A stretch of DNA of 64,000 nt from positions 9,715 to 73,714 of the IMG/VR virus record IMGVR_UViG_3300006990_000020; one strand, given 5' to 3'. This DNA is from a virus. Under the pieces are notes generated by a model. That model was not told the DNA's origin, ran no database searches, and saw only the letters and a program-made list of their open reading frames with translations. The translations under genes and the position numbers were made by a program. Positions within the stretch are counted from its first letter, which is position 1. Every line of letters starts with the position of its first letter. Below are positions 31,359 to 41,264 of this stretch, one piece after another.

Positions 31359-32093
31359 TTAAAATAAATAAAAGTCTGTATTAGGCCCAGACATTTTCTT
31401 AAAGTGTTTTCTAATATTAGACAAACTAGCACTAAGTTCTGTGCTGTTTAGACCTGATATTTCTCTGAGATAGACAAATATTGCACGTTTATTTAAGAAG
31501 TCTAAGTCGTCAACATTATTAAATATTTGCTGTATTGCATCAACGCAATTCAAGTCTCTTTGATCCTTAAGCTTGTGACGTATTCTGTTTGTCATCTCCA
31601 TAAGCATAGGTACTAAGATTTCTTGATCAATATTATTTTCATAAGCTTTGGCAACATCTGGTTCTATTCTATTAAGCTGGTGCTTTTCGTAAGAAGTAAA
31701 GTCATCTTTACAGTCTATGTTGACGCTTCTTCGTGCGTGCTTATAATGACGTCTTGCATGGATTGTGAGCCAGTTTTTTGCAACAACATTAAAATAAGAA
31801 AAGGCTTTTGTACCATTATCAGGTTTCCACTTTGGTATTGTTTCATATAGAAATGTTACACAGTCATGCTTCAAGTGATTAATATCCTCAATAGCTGACT
31901 TAAATTGATATACTGAAACCAGACTATTAACTAATTCCTCAAAAGCCGGCTGAATGTGCTCAGAATATGTTTGATCTTTTTTTCTCTTGTGATCTAATTT
32001 CTGGTATTCGGCAATTTTTTGTTGTGTTAATGCTGTGAAATAGTAATTTTTCTTTTTCTTTTTCTTATTAGTTAAAGCTATCGTTTCACTCAT
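31359..32093 (-). CDS. Phage RNA polymerase sigma factor (sigma70 region 2-like; probable late sigma)
   Basis: YFT, ETIPKWKPDNGTKAFSYFNVVAKNWL (region 2-like) and a C-terminal HTH-like NKRAIFVYLREISGLNSTELSASL. Confidence 0.7.
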   Translation of the reverse strand: MSETIALTNKKKKKKNYYFTALTQQKIAEYQKLDHKRKKDQTYSEHIQPAFEELVNSLVSVYQFKSAIEDINHLKHDCVTFLYETIPKWKPDNGTKAFSYFNVVAKNWLTIHARRHYKHARRSVNIDCKDDFTSYEKHQLNRIEPDVAKAYENNIDQEILVPMLMEMTNRIRHKLKDQRDLNCVDAIQQIFNNVDDLDFLNKRAIFVYLREISGLNSTELSASLSNIRKHFKKMSGPNTDFYLF

Positions 32094-32110
32094 TTTGGTT
32101 GACTTTCCAT

Positions 32111-32425
32111 TTATTTCACTTCTTCTGTCTCTTCTGACTCTTCTTCTATTTTTTCTTTTATCTCTACAGAATTAGAAAGTCTTTCTGCGACATACAAAAT
32201 AGATAGTCTGACTTCATAAATTTCTTCTACTATTCTCTTAATCTCAGGACTATCAAAAAAAACAGGTATCTTAAGGATTTCACTGAGGCTTTGATATTTC
32301 TGATCTATTGCGTCCAAAGAATCTTCTATAGCTTCTTGAACTCTTAAGACTGCTATAGCAAACTTAAAGCAGAAGTAACCAAAGAAGACTGTTGTGAAAG
32401 CCAATATTATTTCTAAAATACTCAT
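32111..32425 (-). CDS. Small membrane-anchored hypothetical protein
   Basis: N-terminal hydrophobic helix ILEIILAFTTVFFGYFCF followed by a coiled segment; ATG at 32425 is the likely start. Confidence 0.6.
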   Translation of the reverse strand: MSILEIILAFTTVFFGYFCFKFAIAVLRVQEAIEDSLDAIDQKYQSLSEILKIPVFFDSPEIKRIVEEIYEVRLSILYVAERLSNSVEIKEKIEEESEETEEVK

Positions 32426-32426
32426 C

Positions 32427-33596
32427 TTATAAATCACTCTTAAAAAATTTTTTATAATTATCTATTATATTCTCAATAGAATAATTTTGTTTAATAAAAT
32501 TTTTCCGATAGTTAGCTACTTTCCTGTACTTTTCTTCGTTTTCAAAGAAATCTTCAAGGCATTTCATCATACTTTCTCCTTTAAACTCTGCCCACTTAGG
32601 CGTAGAATCTAAATCAACAAATCTGCTATCATGATCAAAATCTATTAAGTCATAGTCAATCTTTACAAAGTCATCATGCATAAATTCTTTATAAGCTGAA
32701 TAGTTTGTTGCAATGACAGGGAGACCACAAGCAGCTGCTTCTAATATAGGCAAACCAAAACCTTCAGCTCTTGTCCCAGACAGTATGCAAGATATTTTAC
32801 TTGATTTGTATATTTTAACTAAATCTTTAATAGAAGCACTTCCAAAAAGCATAGTAATTTTGCTTAACTTATCTATACCGAACTCATCTTCCAAAAGCAA
32901 TTTTATACTCTTTAGATCACTTTTTGTATGCTTTCCGTAGTTGATTTTTAAAACAACACCAATATCTTTGTCTTCTACAAAGTCCAAAGCACACTTAATG
33001 GTTTTAATAATGTTTTTTCTGTCTGACCTACTGTCATTGCTTGTAACTTGTGATATCACATATATGTTTTTGTTATATTTTAGCTTGTGCAATACGTCAG
33101 TCTTAAAATCTTCATGATTGTCAATGTAACCGAAGTAGGCTTCGTTTATTACTTTGATCTTCGTGTATAGTTTTTTACCTGTTTTCTTAGAAGTTTTAAC
33201 GAAAGCTGCTTTTGTAAACTCAGAAGGAACAATTATTTTGCTCATCTTGTTTGCTTCGTCAATCCACGATGATTTTACTATGTCTGCTTCAAATCCTGCA
33301 GTAATTCCAATATTTTTCTTTGCTAAGTTTTTCCATTCATCGGGTAACAAAACTTGAAAAGATTCATCAAAATTAACATTACTCGTAGGTTTTTTTGCAT
33401 ATGCCAAAATATCTTTAACAATACCACAGTTATATTCTTGATTTAATACCCAAGAAGTATTTCCCCAATTTGTCGGTATTATATAAAGGTCTATGTTTGG
33501 TCTTTTTAACAAAGCTTTGAACACCTGCCTGCAATGTTCACCATATCCTGAAACTGTTAAAATTGGTCCTTTTAATAAAACTTTTTTCTTAATCAA
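32427..33596 (-). CDS. Glycosyltransferase, GT-B fold, family 4-like
   Basis: SGYG, IIVPSEF, DRKN, EGFGLPILEAAACGLPVIAT (EX7E motif). Confidence 0.9.
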   Translation of the reverse strand: MIKKKVLLKGPILTVSGYGEHCRQVFKALLKRPNIDLYIIPTNWGNTSWVLNQEYNCGIVKDILAYAKKPTSNVNFDESFQVLLPDEWKNLAKKNIGITAGFEADIVKSSWIDEANKMSKIIVPSEFTKAAFVKTSKKTGKKLYTKIKVINEAYFGYIDNHEDFKTDVLHKLKYNKNIYVISQVTSNDSRSDRKNIIKTIKCALDFVEDKDIGVVLKINYGKHTKSDLKSIKLLLEDEFGIDKLSKITMLFGSASIKDLVKIYKSSKISCILSGTRAEGFGLPILEAAACGLPVIATNYSAYKEFMHDDFVKIDYDLIDFDHDSRFVDLDSTPKWAEFKGESMMKCLEDFFENEEKYRKVANYRKNFIKQNYSIENIIDNYKKFFKSDL

Positions 33597-34833
33597 AGTT
33601 TACTATCTCCAATCCAAATTCTTTTTTAATGTTATGTTTTTGAATAGTGTTGTGAATTGACTCATGCCAAAGATCAATTGTTGTGTCATAATCAAAAGCT
33701 TTTTTGGCGTATTGTTCAACTTTTTTACTCAATACAGACATGTTTTCTGGACTAATCTTAAACAAAGAAAAAATAGCTTTTGCTACGTCGTGACAGTCAA
33801 CATAATCTTCATATATGTAAGGAATACTTTGGCTTCCAGCAATTGACTTAACTTTTGGTTCAAGAGCAACTCCATTTTCTGAGTTGTCTTCAAAATCAAC
33901 AACTTGTCTATATAAGCCTCCAGTTTTGGTAGCTATAATTGGGTTTCCAACTTGCATAGACTGTAATGTTGTTAGTCCAAAGCCTTCGTTATAACTGATG
34001 TTAATACACACGTCAGAAATATTATGAATTGTATTGATCAACTCATCACTTAACTTCTCAGCAGACAATGCTAAAGTATCAGTTATATCTAACATTTCAG
34101 CAACTGCAATGAGATTTTGTCCTGCTTTATCGTTCGGATTTGTATGTAACAAAAGAGTCACTCTGTCTCTTTCTACGTCACTTAACATGTCAACAAAATA
34201 CTTCCAGGAAAGAAGAACATCAGCTGGTCGCTTTCTTTTACAATTTCTATTCATCCATAAACAAACAAAGTTGTCTTTTCTTTTCTCCCCTAGAATTCTT
34301 TCTTTTTCTGCTTGAATTTTATCAATAGACATTCTAAAAAACTCGTCTTGAGGAAATGCATGAGGAATAAATCTTGTTTTCTCTGGATATTTTTTGCTAC
34401 AAAGTTTATATGTCAAATAAGAGTGACAATTAATTGCGTCAGTTGCATCATATAAGGCGTCATTAAAGTTTGGATATGGTTCATTGTCCCAAACATGCCA
34501 CCACAAAATAGGACACACTTGTTTAATCTCATCTTCAATCTCAAATAACCACTCAAAAAATCTAGGATCAGAAAAAATAATTAAAGCATCAGGCTTTTCA
34601 TTTAAAAGAACAGATCTTAACAGCGTTTTGTTACCAAAACCATCTATTGGTTTAATTAAAAAGTTATCACATACCTTAACAGTATCATAGTTGCTATGCT
34701 TAATAGCAGCCCCTAGTTGTATAAAAGTCATGTCTTTCTTTCCAAGAAGACCTTTAACTAAATAGTTTGTTTGAACACCTACACCGCTAGGTGATTGAGC
34801 ATGGTCTGAAATTATTAGTATTTTCTTTTTCAT
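33589..34833 (-). CDS. Glycosyltransferase, GT-B fold, family 4-like
   Basis: KILIISDH...SGVG, NRNCKRKR, EGFGLTTLQSMQVGNPIIATKTGG. Confidence 0.9.
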   Translation of the reverse strand: MKKKILIISDHAQSPSGVGVQTNYLVKGLLGKKDMTFIQLGAAIKHSNYDTVKVCDNFLIKPIDGFGNKTLLRSVLLNEKPDALIIFSDPRFFEWLFEIEDEIKQVCPILWWHVWDNEPYPNFNDALYDATDAINCHSYLTYKLCSKKYPEKTRFIPHAFPQDEFFRMSIDKIQAEKERILGEKRKDNFVCLWMNRNCKRKRPADVLLSWKYFVDMLSDVERDRVTLLLHTNPNDKAGQNLIAVAEMLDITDTLALSAEKLSDELINTIHNISDVCINISYNEGFGLTTLQSMQVGNPIIATKTGGLYRQVVDFEDNSENGVALEPKVKSIAGSQSIPYIYEDYVDCHDVAKAIFSLFKISPENMSVLSKKVEQYAKKAFDYDTTIDLWHESIHNTIQKHNIKKEFGLEIVNFD

Positions 34834-34839
34834 GTTTCC

Positions 34840-35679
34840 TTACGTACAATGGTCAGTTTCAGGTTTATTGAATTCGCAAAACATACAAGAATTTTTATTC
34901 TTGAGATACATTCCTTTTTCAACAGTTTTAATCATACTTCTTACAAGTTTGTTACTTTTATCTAAAGTTTTAGGGCCACTAGAAACTTTTATTAACTGAC
35001 ATGATTTTCCGACTTTTTTTACTTTTTTAAGTAAAACAAAACCACACTGTATTTTTTTCATATCAATATGATTTTTTGTTCCCCAGAAATATTTATATAG
35101 TACGACTTGAGCGTGGGTCAAAAAGTCTCTTTGTTTGTCTAAAGACCAACCTCTTCCATTTGAAGTCTTCCAGTCAATAACCCAGTACTTATAGTCGCCT
35201 GCATGTGGAACTTTGATAATACAGTCGATAAAGCCTTTAAACTTTGTTGTTAAACCTGGAATATTTTCATACAAATCTTCCTCAGCACTTACAAACTCCC
35301 ATCCAGGAAATGTTGTGTCTAAAAAGTCAGGTAAAGATAATAAACTAGCTTCAGACCAATCAGTCCAGTCTTTTTGTTTGTTATGCTTGTACTTCCATCC
35401 TTGAAGTTCAGCTCTTATCTTTTGTAATTGTATAAAATCTTCAGAGTCAAATCCATGTTCTTCCCAAGCAAGACGAATTTTTTCTTTAGTTTCATCTATT
35501 TTTAATTCTTTTGTTTTTAAGAAATGCTCGCATGCGTCATGAATAATCGTTCCATAATGCAAATGAGGAGATTCCTCAAAAGTTTTTAGCTTATCAACAT
35601 ATAAGAGCTTGTGGCGCCATCCACATTCTTTCCACTGTCGTACTTCTGAATATGAGATATGTTCTTTTAAAATAGTCAT
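34840..35679 (-). CDS. PD-(D/E)XK nuclease, Cas4/AddB-like with an Fe-S staple
   Basis: ISYS..ECGW, GTIIH, GFIDC, VIDWKT, Q..LY and C-terminal CMFC...HC. Start ATG 35679 follows GAGGT. Confidence 0.85.
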   Translation of the reverse strand: MTILKEHISYSEVRQWKECGWRHKLLYVDKLKTFEESPHLHYGTIIHDACEHFLKTKELKIDETKEKIRLAWEEHGFDSEDFIQLQKIRAELQGWKYKHNKQKDWTDWSEASLLSLPDFLDTTFPGWEFVSAEEDLYENIPGLTTKFKGFIDCIIKVPHAGDYKYWVIDWKTSNGRGWSLDKQRDFLTHAQVVLYKYFWGTKNHIDMKKIQCGFVLLKKVKKVGKSCQLIKVSSGPKTLDKSNKLVRSMIKTVEKGMYLKNKNSCMFCEFNKPETDHCT

Positions 35680-35741
35680 TATAGACCTCGCTTTCAAATA
35701 ATATTGTATGATGCCAACGAATATTTTAAAAACTTAATATG

Positions 35742-35780
35742 AATACTTAGTAAATGCTTAGCTTGTTTAATATTTAGTAT
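35742..35780 (+). promoter_or_regulatory. Tandem putative late promoter motifs (AATACTTAG, AATATTTAG)
   Basis: Two motif copies (35742, 35769) in the divergent gap upstream of the 35841 gene. Confidence 0.5.
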
Positions 35781-35840
35781 GTACAGCTTTATATATATTT
35801 AATCGATTAAAATTCATATTCTTAAGAAAGGAATTACAAT

Positions 35841-37349
35841 ATGGCAACATATACAGATCAACTGGTTGTGTACAGTGCAGGATCGTTAAAGAAGATGGGA
35901 GACAGTGAAACGATCGAAATTCACGGAATTACAGTTCCCGATGGTGGTCTAACACTTGCATCTACTGTAGTAACTTCAACTGCAGATGAACTTAACTTTC
36001 TTGACGGCGCGACTTCTGCTAACAATACAGCAGACAAAGCTGCTATTCTAGGAACGAGTGGTAATCTAGATATTACTGGCAATCTAGATATTACTGGCAA
36101 TTTAACAGTAAACGGTACTACTACGACTGTTAATTCAACAACTTTGACAGTCGATGATAAAAACCTTGAGCTTGGAAGTGTTGACACCCCAACAGACACC
36201 ACCGCTGATGGTGGGGGTATTACGCTAAAAGGTGCAACAGACAAAACATTATCTTGGGTCAACTCAACAGACTCATGGACTTCTTCTGAGCACCTTGATC
36301 TTGCTAGTGGTAAAGATTTTAAAATTGCAAACAGTTCAGTTCTGAGTGCTACAACATTAGGCTCAGCTGTAGTTTCTTCTTCGCTAACTAGTGTTGGTAC
36401 ACTTACATCACTTGCTGTTGATAACATTAGAGTTGATGGTACTACAATTGGTCATGTTGATGATATTGATCTTATTACATTAACAGATGGACTCGTTACA
36501 GTTGCAGGAGAAATAAGTGTAACTACTCTTGATATTGGTGGGACAAATGTTACGTCAACAGCAGCAGATTTAAACATTTTAGATGGCGTAACAGCAACTG
36601 CAGCAGAACTCAACACCCTTGATGGTGGCACAAGCGCAAGTTCTATTACAGTTGTTGATGGAGATAGAGTTGTCATGAATGACAATGGGACGATGCTGCA
36701 AGTTGCAGCTTCAACACTTAAATCCTATTTCCAGACAAATGTAACAGCTTCATCAATCGCCGCTGATGATATTGGTGCAGGTGATGCCGCGGTCGAGATC
36801 ACAACTACTTCGGGTAACATATTGATTGATGCGCCATCTGGTCAAAGCATTGATCTTCAAGTTAATAATAGTAACGTTGTAGAGATTGCAAGTGATGAAG
36901 TAACTATAAGTCAAAAACTTGTTCTTGATGCTAGCGCAGGAATCACACTACCTGTTAGTCCTGCAAACTCAGCGATCTCTTCAGGCGATATTATTTCTCT
37001 TTCGATTGGCGGCGGAGCGTCTGCGGGAGCTGACTTGGCAGATGCAGACGCTGGTGCAGAGACTGTGCAAATACCGGCTGGGGTTGCACTAGATGCTGTT
37101 AGTGGTGCATCAGGCGGCACTTTAGACTGTCATACAATTTCCGGATCAAAAATTACTGTTAATTTAGCATCTGCTGAAACAATTGATCTAGGTATGCCTG
37201 TTTATCTTTCGACTACAGCAGGAAAAGCCACAGGGACAGTCCCGACTTCAGGATATGTTTACGAGCTTGGAATCTCACTAGCTGTAGTGAGCTCTGCATC
37301 TACAGCATCAATTCTCTGGAGGCCGCAATTTATTGCTGATCTTGGTTAA
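35841..37349 (+). CDS. Fibre/decoration-type virion structural protein
   Basis: TVNGTTTTVNSTTLTVDDKNLELG and ADGGGITLKGATDK fibre motifs, three VTxTAxxLNxLDG repeats, and a C-terminal GMPVYLS..AG...G domain; T/S/G/A-rich. Confidence 0.7.
   Translation: MATYTDQLVVYSAGSLKKMGDSETIEIHGITVPDGGLTLASTVVTSTADELNFLDGATSANNTADKAAILGTSGNLDITGNLDITGNLTVNGTTTTVNSTTLTVDDKNLELGSVDTPTDTTADGGGITLKGATDKTLSWVNSTDSWTSSEHLDLASGKDFKIANSSVLSATTLGSAVVSSSLTSVGTLTSLAVDNIRVDGTTIGHVDDIDLITLTDGLVTVAGEISVTTLDIGGTNVTSTAADLNILDGVTATAAELNTLDGGTSASSITVVDGDRVVMNDNGTMLQVAASTLKSYFQTNVTASSIAADDIGAGDAAVEITTTSGNILIDAPSGQSIDLQVNNSNVVEIASDEVTISQKLVLDASAGITLPVSPANSAISSGDIISLSIGGGASAGADLADADAGAETVQIPAGVALDAVSGASGGTLDCHTISGSKITVNLASAETIDLGMPVYLSTTAGKATGTVPTSGYVYELGISLAVVSSASTASILWRPQFIADLG
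36063..36098 (+). repeat. Perfect in-frame 18-bp tandem duplication (aatctagatattactggc x2)
   Basis: Seen directly; encodes GNLDIT-GNLDIT-GNLT. Confidence 0.95.
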
Positions 37350-37356
37350 TTAAGGT

Positions 37357-37427
37357 AAATAATTAGCAACACAAGTGTCTAATCATTTAAACTCTTAGTC
37401 TATTAACAGATATAATTAATATTTAGT
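37357..37427 (+). promoter_or_regulatory. Putative late promoter motifs (AAATAATTAG at 37357, AATATTTAG at 37418)
   Basis: Motif copies upstream of the AGGAG RBS of 37446. Confidence 0.45.
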
Positions 37428-37445
37428 TAATAAACAGGAGTTTTT

Positions 37446-37790
37446 ATGTATAACAAAGAAGTAAAAATTGGCTTAGGTGAAGCTGTTTCTAGACTTCTCA
37501 AGCTTGAACTGACTAGAATTAATGGTCTTTACAAGATGCCTGAGCTAGCAGTTAAAGAAAGAGACATGCTTTTTGAAGCGCTAAATGAGATTAAAATTAA
37601 TTTAGGCTTCGATTGTGACGGTGATGGCGTACCAGACACAGTTGAGATATTTGAACAAAGTGCTAGCACATCATGCTGTAGAATATCAAGCCTATCAGAA
37701 ACGTCTGCTGAAAAGGTGGAAGTTAAGCCTGTTGAGGTTCCTAAGAAGTCTGCCCGCGGCAGACGCAAAAAATCAAAGAAGCAATCATAG
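37446..37790 (+). CDS. Hypothetical protein with a DxDxDG Ca-binding-like motif and a basic tail
   Basis: AGGAG RBS; DCDGDGVPD; C-terminus KKSARGRRKKSKK. Confidence 0.7.
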   Translation: MYNKEVKIGLGEAVSRLLKLELTRINGLYKMPELAVKERDMLFEALNEIKINLGFDCDGDGVPDTVEIFEQSASTSCCRISSLSETSAEKVEVKPVEVPKKSARGRRKKSKKQS

Positions 37791-37802
37791 GAGTAACCAG
37801 AA

Positions 37803-38078
37803 ATGACACTGTTTGAACTTTTGGCTTGTTATGGCCTAACCTTTGGATTGATGAATAAAACATTGTGGCTTCAAAACAGATCACAATTTGCTTCATCTTT
37901 ATTGAACTGCTCTTACTGTACAGGATTTCACAGTGGATGGATCATATATTTAATATCATATCTCAACAAACTAGACGTCAAAGACAGTAGCAACTTAAAA
38001 AATTTAATACTGTACTCTTTTGCTAGCGCATGCTTCTGTTATGTTCTAGATGTCTTTGTACAAAAAATAGAAGAATAG
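37803..38078 (+). CDS. DUF1360-like small membrane protein
   Basis: LLNCSYCTGFHSGW motif and hydrophobic segments; AGGAG RBS. Confidence 0.6.
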   Translation: MTLFELLACYGLTFGLMNKTLWLQNRSQFASSLLNCSYCTGFHSGWIIYLISYLNKLDVKDSSNLKNLILYSFASACFCYVLDVFVQKIEE

Positions 38079-38085
38079 AGAACAA

Positions 38086-38607
38086 TCAAGACCAAATGTC
38101 ATCTTCATCTAACTCAATGTCATTTGCAACCTCATAATTCTGATAGAATGTTTCAACTTCTGGCAGCGCTTTATTGTCTAAATCAATAGTTATACTATGC
38201 TCTTCGTTTGTGCTTAAAACATTAATTGTTTTAGTTGAAATATTGTTTTTTGCAACAACGTTGTTTGTATATGAATAAGACAAATTGTTGTCTACAGTCA
38301 AAGTACTTTCATTTCCTATGAAAGAATCAGAAAGCTGCCTTTGAGAACTTGAAGAGGAAACGTTAGCGAATGCGAAACCTAGGTTGACATAGCTAACAGC
38401 AGGATGAGATAAGTTTTGAATAACATTGATTGATATAGAACTGTTTGTTCGAATCAGACTTTTACTGTTTGTATAAGATAGAGTTGGAGTATACTCAACA
38501 TTACTATACGCAGAAGAATATTCGCTACTGTTAGCCATTCCTCTTTTCTCATTGTCAACAAAAATCGATGCTGAGTTTTTAGCTCTACTTATACCTGTAA
38601 GACTCAT
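38086..38607 (-). CDS. Hypothetical protein (S/N-rich)
   Basis: ORF with AAGGA RBS at the end of the fibre operon. Confidence 0.55.
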   Translation of the reverse strand: MSLTGISRAKNSASIFVDNEKRGMANSSEYSSAYSNVEYTPTLSYTNSKSLIRTNSSISINVIQNLSHPAVSYVNLGFAFANVSSSSSQRQLSDSFIGNESTLTVDNNLSYSYTNNVVAKNNISTKTINVLSTNEEHSITIDLDNKALPEVETFYQNYEVANDIELDEDDIWS

Positions 38608-38621
38608 ATCTATAATCCTTC

Positions 38622-40574
38622 TTAAAGACTGAATGCTGCTGATATTGATATTGGACCGGGACCACTCACAGTAATAGGAACGTTTGTATCAGTTGTAGTT
38701 GTTGTTGTTACTGTGATTGAAGTAGAACTGTTACTTGTAAACTGTGCATTGGCGCCGTCAATTTTAAGTTGTACGCTTTTTGCGATCCTAGCACTGCTAC
38801 TATCATATGCATTAACATTTACAGACGTCGAGATGTTTGAACCTGAGTAAGTTAGGGATGTATTTGCAAAGTCTATTGTAACTGTGCTCGGTAAAGCGTC
38901 TGCTATTAAGTGCACTTTATGATCGATGACAGCAAAAGTACTATCAATAGAATTTGATACTGCTGTAGTGTTGTCTGCTTTTGAAGAAAGCCCTATTATT
39001 CTTCCACTACTATCCTGTGTAACTCCTACAAAGTCTCCAGGCTCAGAAGCTGTCTCAGACCAGCCGTTATTCCATGTATAAATCTTTAATTCACCAGAAG
39101 TCACAACTGCTATTTTGTTTCTGTCTGTATTCAAGTGAACAAAATCAAATGCATTCACTTGGATTGAGCTATGAAAAGTTAAACTTGAAAAGTCTGTGCT
39201 ATCAATTTGATATGATACCATATTTTTCGCAGTAGCGCTTTGACGTGCGACTCCTGCTGGAGAGCTGTATGATGGCAAATAATGTAGATAATAACTGCCA
39301 CTAACTTCTGTAATGAAAAGATTAGAACGCGTCATCGCTCCCAAATTATCGCTAGAAGTTAGTGGATAAGTTAAATAGTCTGTAACTGAGCCTGATGGGT
39401 ATACCATAGAGCAGTTATTTGCTGTTAATGATCCTGCATTAGAATTTGATGATTTATCCCACTGTAGATAGAGAAAGCTGATTTCAAAAGATTCATTAGC
39501 TACTGGATAGTAAGCATAACAAATATCAGTTTCACCGCTAATAGGCGAATCTATAAACTGTGAAGCTCTTGCTCTAAGCATAACCTTTACAGCTGCTGAT
39601 GCTGTGGTAATATTAGACTTTGTTATTGTTGCAACAGTGTTTATTGTTCCACTTGAAACGTCATAAGATTCTGCAGTGAATATATTATCTACTCTATTTT
39701 CAAACGTAGCATTTTGTTGAGCGTAACTATTTGAGTTTTCATGAGTTTCTAGAAACATTAGAGTGTTGTCGTTATTTTTACCGCAATAGTAAAAATTATT
39801 TGGCTCAAAATCGTCGTAAGCGCCGCCAATACTCGAGGCACCTTGATTAGGACTTAATATTGTAGTTTGATCATTTAAAACCAAACTCCCGTCATCTTCT
39901 ACAGTCTCATAAGAAGCTCTAGAAACGTGATTAGCTAGTGTTTTGAAATAATAAGAACTGTGAGAATCATATCGCGCGTGATAAGAAATAAAGTATATAT
40001 ACTTGTTTGCTGTATCAACATAAACAGGATATTTGTGACCGTGGAAATTTTGGCTTTGAATAGTTGACAAGCCAGTAGCAACGGCATCTGGGTTGGAAAA
40101 ATCATTTCCTTCTACAAAGAAATATGTTTGTGCATAAGGCATATAAGTTTGAACACCGTAAGGCAGCATAATCAAATGAAAGTTTTTTCCACCTGTAGAA
40201 GTAAAACTAAAAACGTTTGAAGACATATTCAGAGTTTGATCTGATTCTAAATTATGATCTCTGCTACCCATACTGCTATAGAAACTTATTGGGCCACCTA
40301 GAGAGTTTCCTGTATTTTGACCTGTTTGCAAGCTAGGCGCTTTAGCAATAAGAGCTGAGGCAATAAATCCATTGACTAATTCTTCTTTAACTTTGTTATT
40401 TAAAAGCGCTGTGCATGGTTTTTCAAATAATGGATAGAGTGTATTAGCATCGTATGGACGACTGTCTATCCATAACGTGCTGTCACTTGGGTTAATAACT
40501 ACACCCGTATTAGTTTCTCCTGCTGAATATCTGTTGCCTTTTTTTGTTACATTAAATTTTTTAAATATTGCCAT
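38622..40574 (-). CDS. Putative virion structural/adhesin protein (beta-rich, Ig-like C-terminus)
   Basis: 650 aa and S/T-rich; C-terminal VNVNAYD...RIAKSVQLKIDG...TVTT...VPITV looks Ig-like; fibre cluster context. Confidence 0.5.
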   Translation of the reverse strand: MAIFKKFNVTKKGNRYSAGETNTGVVINPSDSTLWIDSRPYDANTLYPLFEKPCTALLNNKVKEELVNGFIASALIAKAPSLQTGQNTGNSLGGPISFYSSMGSRDHNLESDQTLNMSSNVFSFTSTGGKNFHLIMLPYGVQTYMPYAQTYFFVEGNDFSNPDAVATGLSTIQSQNFHGHKYPVYVDTANKYIYFISYHARYDSHSSYYFKTLANHVSRASYETVEDDGSLVLNDQTTILSPNQGASSIGGAYDDFEPNNFYYCGKNNDNTLMFLETHENSNSYAQQNATFENRVDNIFTAESYDVSSGTINTVATITKSNITTASAAVKVMLRARASQFIDSPISGETDICYAYYPVANESFEISFLYLQWDKSSNSNAGSLTANNCSMVYPSGSVTDYLTYPLTSSDNLGAMTRSNLFITEVSGSYYLHYLPSYSSPAGVARQSATAKNMVSYQIDSTDFSSLTFHSSIQVNAFDFVHLNTDRNKIAVVTSGELKIYTWNNGWSETASEPGDFVGVTQDSSGRIIGLSSKADNTTAVSNSIDSTFAVIDHKVHLIADALPSTVTIDFANTSLTYSGSNISTSVNVNAYDSSSARIAKSVQLKIDGANAQFTSNSSTSITVTTTTTTDTNVPITVSGPGPISISAAFSL

Positions 40575-40822
40575 TATTCTTCTTCTCCCAAAGGTGACTC
40601 AGTGTCAATTCTTCTAGCAAGACTATTTGTTAAAAACCAACTGTAAGCTTCATTAATATTAGCAAAAGGCGCATTTCTAGGTGATCCGGGAATAGAAGGA
40701 TTACCAATAGTCTTTTTAATGAGAATACCATTGTGATCTTTGATCAAGAGGTCACCGCTAATTATTTCTAGATTTACATAAATAGGTAAGCCGTTTTCAT
40801 CGACATTTATTTGATGTTTCAT
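40574..40822 (-). CDS. Hypothetical protein (82 aa), possible fibre accessory
   Basis: Coupled to the 650-aa gene; PF..INEAYSW motif. Confidence 0.5.
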   Translation of the reverse strand: MKHQINVDENGLPIYVNLEIISGDLLIKDHNGILIKKTIGNPSIPGSPRNAPFANINEAYSWFLTNSLARRIDTESPLGEEE

Positions 40823-40848
40823 AATATTTAAATACTCACTTTCTATCT

Positions 40849-41229
40849 TTAAGAATTTTTATAGAGAAAGCTAATTATTGCTTCTCCACCAGGGTCGCTT
40901 GATGTTGTAGATACGACACTATATGTTACTTCGTCACCTGCACTAATAGGAAAAGAAAAAACTGCGTTCGTTTCTTGACTCACATCATTTGCAGCAAAAA
41001 CAGCATCAAAAATAATAGCTTGACTTGAAGAGCCAATGTTTTTATAAAATCTTAAAATAGTACTTCCCGTTCCCGTTGCATTATCTTTCAATTCACAAAC
41101 GATCTTGTTTAAAACAATATCGATTTTAGGCACCCAAGGAGTACTACTATTACCGACATTAAACTTCTTTTTAATATAAAGATCTTTTTGAAACGTTTCT
41201 TTATATTGAATTTGTTGTATATAAGTCAT
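40849..41229 (-). CDS. Small fibre-tip-like beta-sandwich protein
   Basis: ISAGDEVTYSVVS...PGGEAIISF resembles the C-terminal domain of 44783..45883 (SGDVITFAIT...AQGLRANL). Confidence 0.5.
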   Translation of the reverse strand: MTYIQQIQYKETFQKDLYIKKKFNVGNSSTPWVPKIDIVLNKIVCELKDNATGTGSTILRFYKNIGSSSQAIIFDAVFAANDVSQETNAVFSFPISAGDEVTYSVVSTTSSDPGGEAIISFLYKNS

Positions 41230-41264
41230 TATATTTAATTAATACCTTTCCTCTTCAACCTAAC

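Noticed and set aside
34840-35679. Cas4-like nuclease as a sign of a CRISPR-Cas locus
   Set aside because: No repeat-spacer array or other cas genes in the window; solo Cas4-like nucleases are common in phages.
37615-37806. 63-aa plus-strand ORF overlapping 37446..37790
   Set aside because: It is an alternative frame inside a gene that has a strong AGGAG RBS, and has no independent support.
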